Of a DNA stretch of 64,000 nt, positions 36,217-49,179 are shown in pieces (positions within the stretch are counted from its first letter, which is position 1; each line of letters opens with the position of its first letter). The DNA comes from Lytechinus pictus (lineage: Eukaryota). Both the position numbers and the translations under genes were made by a program. The notes below the pieces were generated by a model. The model was given only the letters and a program-made list of their open reading frames with translations, ran no database searches and had not been told where the DNA came from. The stretch covers positions 41,974,001 to 42,038,000 of the forward strand of contig NC_087252.1 of assembly GCF_037042905.1 (NCBI RefSeq). Direction: 5' to 3'.

Positions 36217-36710
36217 AGGGGAAGTTCACCCTGAAAATTGTTATAAAAACAGCACAAAAAATGTAATAGATATTGGCGAAGGTTTTGAGAAAAATCCATT
36301 AAAGATTTAGTTATTTCAGTTTGAAGTTTTGGATGTGTGACGTCATAAACGAGCAGCCGCCCCATACGTTATAAAATGCAAAAAATTCAAGTTATAAATT
36401 GTTCGTAATGACTAAGTTATATTTCCTTTTCAGGAACGGGTGTAAAATGATTTGCTTATAAGTGATAATTATACTCAATTCACAGTAATGACCACTTTCA
36501 ATTTTCTGAGAAAATGACATTTCATTGATATTTTTGACCGTACGATATGTTGGAGATCTTCTTGAATATGACGTCACATATCAAATGATTAAAATTGTAA
36601 TAATTGTTTTTATTATTTGATGGTTATTTTTCTCAAACCTTGGGCAATATGTTTTATTATCATTCGTGCTATTTTCACTATCAACTTTCTGTCAGGGTGA
36701 ACTTTCCCTT
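36217..36710. mobile_element. Kolobok-like MITE
   Basis: TIRs aggggaagttcaccctga / tcagggtgaactttccct; ttaa on the right, degenerate on the left. Confidence 0.7.
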
Positions 36711-38184
36711 TTAATGTATTTAATGGTCATAGCTGCAACCCATCTTATACAACTGTACAAGGGAAACATATCATAACGTACATATAGAATGTATGTATAC
36801 AAATGTGTAAAATTAGATATTTCTTGTAACAACATTAGAAATAAGGAATTTAGGACATTTCAACATGACGATATGGATACAACTGCTTTCACAAGATATT
36901 CTTAACGTTATTACTCCATAAGTTTGTTATTTGTTATTTAATAAAGTTTTCTGCATTTTGAAGTTTACTCTATTTAGATTTAATTATTTTCACCCCGAGT
37001 GTCCCTTTAGTCTCAGTGCCATAAGCATAGTAAAAGATACAACTACAACTGCTTAAAAGAAGGCTTATTCTAAGCAAGCGAAATTAATTTTTAAGTTCAT
37101 AAAAAGAGATATGTAAACGGAACCCTAAACCTAACAAAATGATTTATTTAGATAAGGTTCTCAAATCAATTTAAACGTACTTATAGACAAAATTGAAATC
37201 GCTTGATTTGTTATTAATTTATACATGGCTAGTTTTGATATGGTCATTTAGCCTTATCATCAACATAGTATCGGTTGAATGAACGTCATTATGTAGGATC
37301 AATGGATAAACGACAATATGACACGTACAGGCAGAAGTATAAACTAATGTTAGCTTGTCTGATAAAAACCGCGAGTCTTTTATCAACATATCAATATACC
37401 GATATAATATGTTCAAAGGGGACTATGAATACTCAGATTGATTTAATTTTGATTGCCGAATGTCAATTTGTTTTATAACATGCACTTCCCATGCTTCGTA
37501 TCCTAGGTACGCCACTGTTCGTACACCAATGAAAAATGATACCAATTGACAAGAAAGAACACACAGTATATTTGAATACCTAAACACGGCTACATCGTTA
37601 ATGAGTAAACCGGATAATTATGATAAAGTACGGCACCACATCCCCCAAAAGAGTCTGTATTTCGTTATTTTTTTATCAAGTCAATTTTTATTATGATGTG
37701 GATGGTATGTAATAAAGGCATGATCCAGTGGATGTATTTTGCTATGGAATGTTTTGATCACGCACATTTTTTCTCCGTCTTCTTCTTTGTCGTGCTGATA
37801 TGAAAAGGTTCTTCAAGCGTGGAATGAGCATGACCATGTCGATATATAATCTTTGTTTATGGCTTTCTTATATGGTACCACTAAATTTCAAAGAATATGA
37901 AATGACTTTGGCATTGAAAAAATGATAACCGAGGGAGTGCGATAGCTATATACAAAAGAAACATCAAAATATTTACAAGAAAGAAGGTCATGGAAATGGT
38001 AAGACTAACAATTCACTGATACATCGATGTAATTCACATTGTTAAACTTTTGGCAAAACATTCAGATGTTAGATGAGATTTAAATTGAATTGAATGTAAT
38101 GATTAAGGTAATAACGGCAATGTTGATAAATCAGTGGGTATAAATTGAAAATCTATGCACATAAGGGAACCACAAGGGCACATT

Positions 38185-40640
38185 TTGCAAGTGCTGAATG
38201 AAACAAACAGAAAATAACTTTGAAATTGTAATCTAATAAACTGAGAATGTTGGTTGTACCATGGTCGACGTTTAACATATCAGTAAAATGTTCATGAACA
38301 ATAAATATCAACAATCAAAAGGAAAGCAATGGAAGGCAAACAATAAAATGAAGCATATGGAACTATAAACAGCGAACAAAATATGCAAAGAACTTTTCGA
38401 TATATTGTCATTATTATACTGTTAATATGAGTGTCTTTTTCACACTCCCTTACCTAGTGAAGTGGTAACGCTTGGTTCGATTCTTGGGAATTACACCTAC
38501 GTATCTATTTAACCCTTTGCGTGCTGATGTTGCAATCTTGCACATTCGTACAATTAAATTCATGTATCGTAATAATTAAATTTCTCCCCTACATTCAAAT
38601 TAGATAAGCTAATAAAAGGCAATAGTTCTTGGACAACATCTGTACAATAATAAGTAACAATGATGCAATATGGAAACCTTGAATCAAAGAAAATAACATG
38701 GAAACATTTGTCATTATTATCCCCCCCCCCCCAATCAATTCAGCTTGCAAAGAGTTAAAAGAATATACCTATCGTTTAGGTAGAATACATGCAAATATAA
38801 TAATCGTGAATAAAATAGAGTAGAGGCAAATACAAATCACACATATATTTATCCGATATACTTTCAGTTCATTAGATTGTACTTGAAAGTGTACACATGT
38901 CTACTGAACATGCTGAAAGAAAATAATTATCATTCAACATTTTAGACGTACATGTAAACCTTATTAGTATAACCTGTGCGTAATTATTTTTACAATAATG
39001 TGCAATACAGAAAACAAAACAGATAACTGTTGCTGTAATTCATTTAACAATGTTAAAGGTTGTTTACATTTGATGACATGACTAATATGCTTTATACTGC
39101 ATAAGTCATAATGACTAATAAAACAAGACATCTTCCAACCTAACCAGTCCAAATTCTCTCAGATTGATAATTGGTGGAAAGAGTTACATTGAATTCCGTA
39201 ACTACAACATACTATTTACCATTATGTGGGATTCACTTATCATTTCATCTAGCACACTATTTGTTCGAAATTACAATATCTTTTTTGCAATATTATACAT
39301 CATACAATAAATGTTTCCGCGGTAACCGACAATTAAACCACACTTTCCATAACGCATAATTCAGCTTTAAACCTCCTCAAAGTATTATTTAAGATTAAAA
39401 TAAGCAAAACAGTACATTCTTATGTTCACTCTAAGCTAAAATATTTGCAAAGAAACTAAGAGAAAAAAATAATTTAGACGAGCAAATCTATATTTACAAA
39501 CAAAATCATAATAAGATTACCTCGACTTCGATTCTCGACTATTCTTAAAAGGGGTACCTTTCGTTAGTGCTGATGAAACAAACAAAATGGTAATCTAAAC
39601 TAAGAAAAGTGATTGTCGCAAGGTCGACGTTTATAATATCGGTATACTCATTAGCTGTAAAAATGAATACAAACAGTAAAACGAGGCATACGAAATTATA
39701 AACAGTGACTAAATATATTCAAATAGCATTCCGAAATATTGTCATGAATATAGGGTTCAAATGAATATATTTGTTACATTCCCTTACACATTGAAGAGGT
39801 GTTGCTAGTTTAGAAACTTGGAATTTACCCCAAGTATCTACTTAACATTTAAAGTGTTATCTTTTAGGTAGTATACATGCAAATATAACAATCGTGAATA
39901 AAATAGAGTGCAGGCAATTACAAATCACTAATGTAATTATCCGAGATACTTTCAGTTCATTGGACTGGATTTCAATTTATGCACATGTATATTGGCAGAT
40001 AACAATCTCCATTCAACATTTTTGACGTACATGTAAACTTTATTGTTGCAATCTGTGCATATTTCGTATGTTTTGGATGGGCAAAACTAATGTTACAGGG
40101 CCTTTGAATTTAATAACATGACTCAAGCAAAACAGACTGATACAACAGGACATCATTCAAAGTATTACGTTCAAATTCTGAAAAGTTAAACAGCTCTCTC
40201 AGATTCATAATACTTATTGGTGGAAAGAGTTGCAATAATTTTATACACCATAAAGGTTACCAGTATGTAATATCTACTTATCATTTCATCATGCACATTA
40301 TCTGTTCTTAATGGCAGTATTTGTTTTGCAATTATACAATTATATAATAAACTTTTCATTGGTAACCGACAACAAGTAACCTACACTTACCATTGCTTAC
40401 TATAACGCAAACCTACAGCTTCAAACTTTCTCAAACGAGTATCTAAGTCTTAACATAATAAAGCTACATATTTATGTTTATTCTAATCTAAATATATATA
40501 AGAAACGGCTAAGGAAAACGGAACAAATATTATTTAGAAGATCAAATCTTGAATCGCAACTAAAATTAGAATGAGATCACATATATATAATCAATTTCTA
40601 ATTGTTGATTCTCGGCTAGTCTTTGTATATATGAAATATA
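38185..40640. repeat. Old diverged tandem duplication (two units of about 1.1-1.4 kb) in the putative 3' UTR of gene B
   Basis: Colinear matching blocks: gtgctga(a)tgaaacaaaca (38191/39567), ggtcgacgttta (38263/39622), atacatgcaaatataa..atcgtgaataaaatagagt (38785/39873), gacgtacatgtaaac (38945/40024), ttggtggaaagagtt (39171/40217), ggtaaccgacaa (39321/40361). Confidence 0.8.
38513..38754. mobile_element. piggyBac-like MITE (TTAA TSD)
   Basis: ttaa-ccctttgcgtgctga ... tcagcttgcaaagag-ttaa. Absent from the paralogous unit (gtatctacttaa near 39834-39845). Confidence 0.75.
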
Positions 40641-41440
40641 CACACAACTAATGTTACATTGATACAAAAATTATCCTATAAATATCAATTGACCTTTGCA
40701 TTAATAGATTGATAACCAAGAGAAAGTGGTAGCTATATACAAAAGTAACATCTGATGATCATATTTCAAAATTTCTGCAATTTTGACGCAAGAACCTTTT
40801 TCGAATCCCATGCCAAAACAGTTTGTGTTCGCTCAAGCATGAACGAAACCTATTTTCGAAAATTGCATTTAAAATATACGACTTCAGAACATCTACGAAC
40901 ACCAGACAATAAACATAATTTGAAACAAAATGTTAAACTTAAAATAACCAAGAGAGTGTGAAGAATATAAACAAAGGCAACATCAAATATTTAACAAGAT
41001 ATACGGGATGTAAGCTAAAAACTTTTTTTAGTTTGTTCAGTATGTTTGCCGATAAACCGCTGCCATTCACATTATTTCGATTTTCAGCAAAATCTTACAC
41101 ATGTAATAAATTCAAATGTATATTATCAAATTCATTGATGAAAACGCCTACGTACAGCTAAAACAAGTATATTACATGAAACTGCAAAGGAAGCAAGAAA
41201 AGACAAGTACCTATGTTTACTCTAAGGTAAGATGTATCAGATTGACAAGGGTTTACGACAAAGCTTAGAAAACGGTCTAGAAATATCCCTCAAAGAAAAG
41301 ATTTGCAAGTCTGATGATAAAAAGGAAATCAATCATAATTGTATCACACGCGGCTAGTACATAACAAAATGATGTTTAGTTTTCAGAGGCCATTCAATGC
41401 ATTCTTTGTATTTTAGTTTGCATATATATATATATATATA

Positions 41441-43103
41441 CACTGTTGGTCATAAAGGTGGAATATTATTTTTTCACCAAATTTTCACAGCGTAATTATT
41501 ATAATATGATTTGAATATGGCATTTATGGTGCATGATAACCACTTTACTTTCTCATTCTGCCTTTTACACACGTTTGACAGTGATATTTTACAAGTTTAT
41601 GCCCTAAGCGATGGATGTCATGAGCATAGAACAACAATGACGACAATATACAGTAAATCAAAGGATCATGAGATATTTATTTTCAATCTCTCACAGTTTT
41701 CCAGATCACTTCTTTTTTGTGATTTCATGGACAAATTTGCATCAAACTTGAGTCATTGTTCTTACTCAGTCACTAGTATCGGGTATGTCTACCCCTGGCA
41801 CGAACCAGCGCATGCAGACGTCGTGGCATGCTGTCCACTAGCTTGTTGATGACGTCAACAGGCATAGCGTCCCATTCTTCCCTCAGAGCATCTGCCAACT
41901 CCTGCAGATTTTGAGAAATGACCTCTCTGTCGTTGATAGCTCGACCTGGGCATCCCATGCATGCTCTATGGGGTTCATATCAGGCGAACAAGCTGGCCAT
42001 GGCAACTGTACGACGCCCTCTGCCTCCTGGAATTCCGTTACTGCAGCGGCCCTGTGCGGTCTAGCGTTGTCACCCTGCAGTCAGATATTGTGCCCATACA
42101 CTCGTCTTGCATATGGAAGACAGTGGAACTCCAAGATATCCCTCTAGGCGGCGGCGTTGACGTTTCCGTCCGGAACCACCTGTGGCGTTTTCCCTCCATA
42201 ATGGATGCCGGCCCATATCATCACTTAGCCACCTCCGCCTTGAGTCGTCTCGTGGATACATTCATCGCGAAGGTTTTCCCCGGCTAATCGACGAACTCGT
42301 TGTCTCCCAACCTTTCGGTCAAGGATGAACCGGCTCTCGTCCGTGAAGACCACATGTTGCCAATGTCCTGGATGAAGCCTTCTGTGCTCCCTAGCCCAAA
42401 GAAGACGAGCTACTCTGTGGCGAACAGACAGGCGTGGATATTTGGTCAACCGTCGTGCTCGGTAACCATGTTGGAGCAATCTGCGATCAACGGTTGACCG
42501 GGAAACGTTGATCCCATGATATCTCCTCCACAAGCGACGAAGACGGCTCTAGGGCAATTTCCGGTTTCTGCGGCTGAAATTCAACAGTTGGCGATCATCT
42601 CTTCTTGTGGTCAATCTGGGACGTCCTGGAGATTTTCGTGGCCGCACATTCCCCGCCTCACGTTGACGTTTCATGATCTTAGAGACTGCACTCTGTGATA
42701 TCCCTAGGACTTCTGCGATATCAGTCTGCTTGTAGCCCTCCTGTTGCAGGGCTACCACTCTCTCGCGTGTTGCTGTTGCCGTTGGACCAGGCATAGTCCA
42801 GGAAACGTCTCTACCGATTTTTATTTCAAACGGTACAAGGAACTCGAAAAAAATTCAACCTTCTTATACACAGTGCTAAATCAGGGAAAGTGACAGAACA
42901 TCATATGCATAGGCTTTTATAGTCTACAACAAAATAATTTATTACGTAATACAAATTTATCATGTTATAATGTCACCTGTGTAATGGGGAAACATTATGT
43001 AATCACTCAAATACCATTTTGTCTACGCGTAGCCTTTCAACTACCAACAAAACTGTCGATTTTTATAAAAAAATATTTTATTCCACCTTTATGACCAACA
43101 TTG
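41441..43103 (-). mobile_element. Full-length decayed Tc1 transposon (DD34E)
   Basis: TIRs ca(c/a)tgttggtcataaa(a)ggtggaata in a (TA)n site. The transposase (42794-41773) has an HTH, GRPR, VVFTDESRF, QGDNARPH and WPACSPDMNPIEHAW (34 residues between D and E), with several frameshifts. Confidence 0.95.
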
Positions 43104-43513
43104 TATATATGTATGGCCGGCATACATGTAATACATTTCTAATCACTTGAATGAATGAATGTATCAGCAAAACGAATTTGACCTGCATTCTTCATCATGT
43201 TCCAGAGCAGTCTTCAGACATTTTCTGTCTGTACCGAGTTATTTTCGAGTTAGGGGTTATGATTTATTGTATTACAAGTTTGCAAAATTGTTCTTATTCG
43301 GTGGTTGGTATTATGTTCGCAAGAAACGCAATGTTGTACGAGTGACTGCGGAAGTGTCCTGGGGGTTGCTTGTGACAGTCGTCAATATCAAAGCATTTGA
43401 AGACTTCCACATCAATTAATTGTTTACGTGTTATGATAAGTCACTGTCCTTTGATGTCTTCAGATGTTTCAATTTCCCAGTCTCGTCGGGCCTTTATGGG
43501 ATCAAGATGTTGT

Positions 43514-43538
43514 CTAATCCGCTAAGACTTCTGCAGAC
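43514..43538 (-). CDS. Gene B terminal coding exon ((R)SAEVLAD*), followed by a long putative 3' UTR
   Basis: tttgttcccgtactaag|G TCT GCA GAA GTC TTA GCG GAT TAG; phase 2 matches the donor at 44794. Confidence 0.55.
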
Positions 43539-43769
43539 CTTAGTACGGGAACAAATATAAACCAAATTTAATTTTGTAGTCAAACCGATCGTTATTCATT
43601 ACGTTATTTCCCAGCTGGAAAAACACACTGTGTCACACAATGTTATCACAGTTTGTTCACGTAGTGGACTATTATTCACTAGTCTGCTGTGCAAAACCTT
43701 CACTCGAGTTAAAAATCATGGATCCGCCCCTGATAATACCGTAGTTCTATACTCTTATGAACAAAGAGT

Positions 43770-44221
43770 GACTAGATTTGATGTGTAAAAAGGACACAGA
43801 TGCCCCCGCTTAACGCGATCAGAAATTTATTCAGTATGATTGAAATTAATCGTGCGGAAACCTACTAGCATGTATAATGAGTTGAGACCATTGACCTGCG
43901 GAGTCCGAATTGGAACATAACCTGTATTTTGGTATCATCTATCTACACACCAAACATTTTTAAATCTGTTAAATATTTCATAAGTCATCATGCGGAAACC
44001 AATTTGCAAATTCAATGAGCTGTGACCTTTGACCTACTGACTCAGAATTCGAACTTAGCCTGTATTTTGGTGTCATCTACCTACACACCCCCAAAAATTA
44101 AAATCCATTCAATTATTTGCGAGTTATTGCGCGGAAAACAAGCGGGGACGGACGGAAGCACGGACGGACAGGGGCATTGCTTGATGCCCCCTCCGAACTT
44201 CGTCTGCTGGGGCATAAAAAT
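43770..44221 (-). mobile_element. Helentron/HINE-like non-autonomous rolling-circle element
   Basis: Minus strand starts tttttatgcccc...ggggcat (hairpin) and ends ctagt. It has a (ggac)n microsatellite, tgacctttgacct motifs and internal direct repeats. Confidence 0.55.
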
Positions 44222-44793
44222 ATCCTAAGATAAAAAAAAACACATATTAATAGAGGACAACCCGTCTGAGTTGCTTAGTTAACCGCCTAAAATAGCTATG
44301 CGCCTGGCTTGGAGGATGTTTAGCAGTTGAGGTACTTATCTGAATCCCTCTGCCAGTGACATAATTGCTTAATTTAAAATGCGATGGGGGGGGGGAACAA
44401 AAGGGAAAAAAAATTATGTGATGATAATTAAGTCTTTCTGCTAATTTCTTATTCCGACACGTTGATAATTAAAGTATTTCTTTTTTAAAGACGCACTAAA
44501 TACATTGCCCTGTCAAGATGGATCACACTGTTAATTACATAAACATTTTCTTAGCTAACTCCATGCACAAAAAAAATTAATCTTTATACAAAAAGAAAAG
44601 CCTGGATTTATAATTAATCAAGACTACCCTTTTTTCAAATTAAGAAAAGGGAAAAAATACTGATATACAGTAAAATATTTACAGTATAAGGGAACCCACG
44701 ATTTTCAATTCCTCTTCATATGTTTTATTAAGATAAATGTATAATATTCGAATGGGGGAGGGGGGTATTCCATCTGTAAATCTTACAGCTTAC

Positions 44794-45087
44794 CTTTTTT
44801 TTATAATGTCTACGAGGAGCTGCTTTTTCTTCACAGTAAATATATCAATGAGTTTCTGAGCATCTTGCCCATTCTCCAAGACAAACCTGCCAAGAATCAT
44901 CATGTATCTCCTCGGCGGATCCATAGTCTGTATTGACACTTGTTCTGCAGCAGTTGCGGCGGCATTACTGAATCCCAGATCGTTAGCAAATTCACTTGGT
45001 GGATAAATCGCGCAATCAATTACATTGGAAACTTCACGCAAAATTGTATCAGTCAGTACATGCCCTGGCCTATCTACCTGAGAGGAA
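44794..45087 (-). CDS. Gene B exon: C-terminal death-domain-like region
   Basis: Boundaries ttttcctttaccag|TTC ... AAAG|gtaagc; 294 nt open, phase 2-2. Reads SSQVDRPGHVLTDTILREVSNVIDCAIYPPSEFANDLGFSNAAATAAEQVSIQTMDPPRRYMMILGRFVLENGQDAQKLIDIFTVKKKQLLVDIIKK, with LTD..L, A..LGFS and helical spacing. Confidence 0.72.
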
Positions 45088-45257
45088 CTGGTAAAGGAAA
45101 ATTGATTTTTTTTTTTGTGGTTAAGGTCAAAAACCTTTTTTTTTCTAAAACATAAGTAAACATTAATATTTTTGGAAAGAAAAGTTCGTTCCTTTGTATA
45201 CTATGGTACGCCAGAAGGTAATCAAATATTTTTATATTCGACACCAACTAAAAAACT

Positions 45258-45775
45258 ATTTGACGCGGCAAAATTCTATTTGACACAAAATATATTTGAC
45301 AAAAAAAAAAAATATATATATATATATATATTCGATAAAAAATATATTTGACAAAAATATATTCGACAAAACATGTGTTCGCCAAAACATATATTTGACA
45401 AAATTATATTTGAAAAAAAATATATTTGACAATAATATATTTGACACAAAATATATTTGACAAAAACATATTCGACAAAACATATATTCGACAAAACATA
45501 TATTTGACCAAAATATATTTGATAAAAAATATATTTGACAAAATTATATTTGACACAAAATATATTCGACAAAAAATATATTCGACAAAAAATATACATG
45601 ACAAAAATATATTCAACAAAACATATATTCGACAAAACATATATTTGATAAAAAATAGATTTGACAAAAAAATATTTCACAAAATTATATTCGACACAAT
45701 TTTATTTGACACAATTTCATTTGACACAATTTCATTTGACAAAAATTAATTCATTCGACACAATTTCATTTGACC
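45258..45775 (+). repeat. Degenerate 15-16 bp minisatellite (aaaatatatttgac / tattcgac)
   Basis: Directly visible tandem units; the inverted counterpart is at 57712-58235. Confidence 0.9.
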
Positions 45776-46399
45776 TACACATTTGGCGTACCATACGTGC
45801 GATGTCAAAAATATATTCATCAAAATTTCATTCAAAAAATAAAAAATAAAAAAATCGACAATGTTTCATTTGATAATTTTATATTTGAAAAAATTTAATT
45901 CGAAAAAATAGTATTCAAAGCGAAAAACATTTTATTCGACTAAAATTAATTCGATGAAATATAAATTAGTTCGGCAAAATTTCACTTTATTACAAAACTT
46001 TGTTCGACAAATCCCCATGCAGCTGGGCCACCGATCGCGATACCGGCCGATAGTACTAGTGCAGCCCGGGCTAGCGTACGCCGTAGGGACTGGGACGTCG
46101 GACGGGACGCGTCAGGCAGCTAGCAGCAGGCCAGTAGGGAGCTGGAGCCGCCGCGCCGGAAGCACCGGCAGGAATTTGGTTGGATGTTCGACGTTCAAGC
46201 TGTGAAGTTGGTTTGATATTCAGGTTCGATATTCAAACGCGTGTGAAGTTAGACCAATATTCGATATTCGAAAAAATTAATGGTTTTGAAAGCTAACTAG
46301 GGGATTTGACAGGTGCAGCACGTCTCGGGCAACCATACAAACACTGGCTTGCCCTAGTACGAGGACGTTTAGGGGACAAACGTTAGTAAAAAAGGGCAT

Positions 46400-47145
46400 G
46401 ATTTTTTTTAGGGCCCCCGTAGATATCCCTACGGCCTAGCCAAGGTAGCCACGCATCACTTGTAGAACTCGACTCGGGCAACCAGATAAGCATTATCCTG
46501 ACCCGGCCCATGCACATTTAGGGGGCTCAAATTAACAAAATTAAAGGGAATAAAGGGCTATTTAGAACAATTTTTAATTTAAAAAAAGTATTTTTTCAAG
46601 GGGCCCCAAGGGATATCCCGACAGTCTAGCCAGGGTAACCACGTATCCTAAATTGTAGAACTCGACTCGGGAAACCGGATAAAGACTAGCTTGAACCAGC
46701 GCATGCACATTCAGGGGGCTCAAATTAACAAAATTAAAGGAATAAATTGCTATTTAGAGAATTTTTTTAATTAAAAAAGTATTTTTTTTCAGTGGGCCAT
46801 ATCCCGACGGCATAGCCAGGGTAATCACGTATCCTCACTTGTAGAACTCGACTCGTGCAACCAGATAAGTACTAGCTTGACGCGGCGCATGCACATTTAG
46901 GGGACTCAAATTAACAAAATTAAAGGAATAAAGGGCTATTTAGAGCATTTTTTTTAATTAAATTTTTTTTTTTTTTTTCAAGAGGCCCCCATGCATATTC
47001 CGACGCCCTAGCCAGGGTAACCAAGTATCATTACTTGTAGAATTTGAATCTGGCAAGCAGATAAACATTAGCTTGACCCGGCGTATGCACATTTTAGGGG
47101 GCTCAAAATAACAAAATTAACGGAATAAAGGGCTATTTCAAGCAT
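46400..47145 (+). repeat. About 180-bp tandem repeat, four units (three inverted units at 50045-50560)
   Basis: Recurring ttgtagaactcgactcg, gcatgcacattta/cgggg and ctcaaattaacaaaattaa. Confidence 0.88.
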
Positions 47146-48227
47146 GGGGAACCACGGTCCTGACTTTTCCCCCCATTCCTTGGTGCCGACAGTGGGTAGA
47201 GTAAAAAAGAGAGAGAGAATACAAAATAGAAGAGAGAGAAACGAAAAGGAGAGATATGAAAGAAAAGGAGGGGAACGGGAGAGAAAGAGAAGGGAGAGCG
47301 GAGAGGTCATATCATTGTATGAACATGATGTTTTTATGATTGTGCCTCGAGCATTAGCATGATTAGGGCGAAGCTCAATGCGTGATAAGAACAAAAAGAG
47401 CGGGCACACCATGGCCCATGCCGCAAAAATTTGCATAATAATAAGTCTCGAGCGAGCGAGAAAAAAAATGGTATGCAAAAAATGACATTATATCTTTCAT
47501 CTTTCTTTCCTTTTCCTTTTGTTATTTTTTTTCTCGGTTGTAGAACTTTTTTGGGGGTGGGCAGTGCTATGCAGATCGGGTCCGTGGTAATGACGGCACC
47601 AGGGTTTTTACCCTAGGAGGAGGCCAAATAACATTTTGGGGCCGGGGGGGTGACACACAATAAAAAAAAACAGAGCGAGAAGCGCGAGTTAATTTTATTT
47701 CAAACGTAGTCCCTAATGACTTGAAAAGGGACTAGGACTAGCTGTTTGCATTAATTTGTCCATGAAGATGATATCTCACCAAATAAATAATGCGAGCCCG
47801 AAGAGCGAGCCGAAAGGTATCCGGGGATGATACCTGGACGTAACCTAATCACTTTTCGTAATCATGAACTAAATGGGTATCTAATTCGCTAACAATATTT
47901 CACTTACGAAAATTATTATTACGCAGGATATGTATCTTGCTTAAAGGAATTATGAAAACTCTAAAAACATTGGATTTTTAAGCCCCATGTGAACAGATAA
48001 TTTACTTATCTCAATGTTGCGAGCTAAATGCTAACGGTGAATGGATGAGAAAATTTTCAAAATTTAAAGAACAAAACACAGTTTCGAGAATTTGATTTGA
48101 TTTTATTTTATTTCTGCACTCAGGATATATATGCAACATAAAATCTAGGTGATACAATTAAGTTTTACAAAAAAATTAAGCAGTAGTCATAGTAGAGCAA
48201 TAAAAGCAATGACAAAATAAATATTAA

Positions 48228-48826
48228 AGGACAAGTCCACCCCAACAAAAAGTTGATCTGAAAAAAGGGAGAAAAATCCAAAAAGCGAAACACAGAAAAT
48301 TTCATCAAAATTTGATGCAAAATAAGAAAGTTATGACATTTTTAAGTTTCGCTTGATTTCACAAAACAGTTATGTGACATCCTGGTCGGTATGCAAATTG
48401 GCAGATTGATGACGTCACCCACTCACTGTTTCTTTTGTATTTTATTATATGAAATATGAAATATTCTAATTTTCTCCTCCTTGTCAAGTGAAACAAAGTT
48501 TTATTTCTCCCTGAACTTGTGAAATTACCATTATTTTAATAGTTTATGGTTAGGTTAACTTGGTCCTTATTGTCAAATCTGTAAAAATTGAAATATTGTA
48601 TTATTCAAACAATTTAAAAAAAAATAGTGAGTGATGGACATCATCGACTCTCTCATTTGCATATCGCTGAGTAGTGCATTTAACCGTTTTGTGAAAAATA
48701 AACGAAATTCAAAAATGTCATAACTTTCTTATTTTACATCCGATTTCGATGAAATTTGCAGCGTTATGTTTGTTTGCTTTTTCTCTGTTGATTCAAATCA
48801 ACAATTTTCTGGGGTGGACTTTACCT
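48228..48826. mobile_element. Kolobok-like MITE (TTAA TSD, AG..CT ends)
   Basis: ttaa-aggacaagtccacccca ... tggggtggactttacct-ttaa, with long imperfect internal inverted symmetry. Confidence 0.8.
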
Positions 48827-49100
48827 TTAAACAAGAAGCAATATTCAATGAAAAGAAAATAACAGTTTAAACGAATGCAGGAGACCGCCATCGTGAGCGG
48901 TTAAGCTTGAAAATGATGGCGGCCTCGTAAAATGGTACATCAGTTTCTTTATTCATTGCTCAAGTGGGTGCAATGCAGGTGCAGGTGCTGGTGGAGTAAA
49001 GGGCAGTTGAATAATTAATCTGAAGAGGGGGATGCATATGATCCGATGGTTTTTAATAGTGGCTTTAAATGAGTATATTGTTGAACATGACTTAGCGTTG

Positions 49101-49179
49101 TCTGGAAAGTTGTTCCAAATATCCAGAATCTGGAAAGTTGTTCCAAATATCCAGAATCTGGAAAGTTGTTCCAAATATC
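49101..49179 (+). repeat. 28-bp tandem repeat x3
   Basis: tctggaaagttgttccaaatatccagaa repeated, third copy partial. Confidence 0.85.

Noticed and set aside
45256-45849. Repetitive Cys/Phe/Tyr/Ile ORFs on both strands (also 57607-58243)
   Set aside because: Translations of the 15-16 bp minisatellite in the foldback arms.
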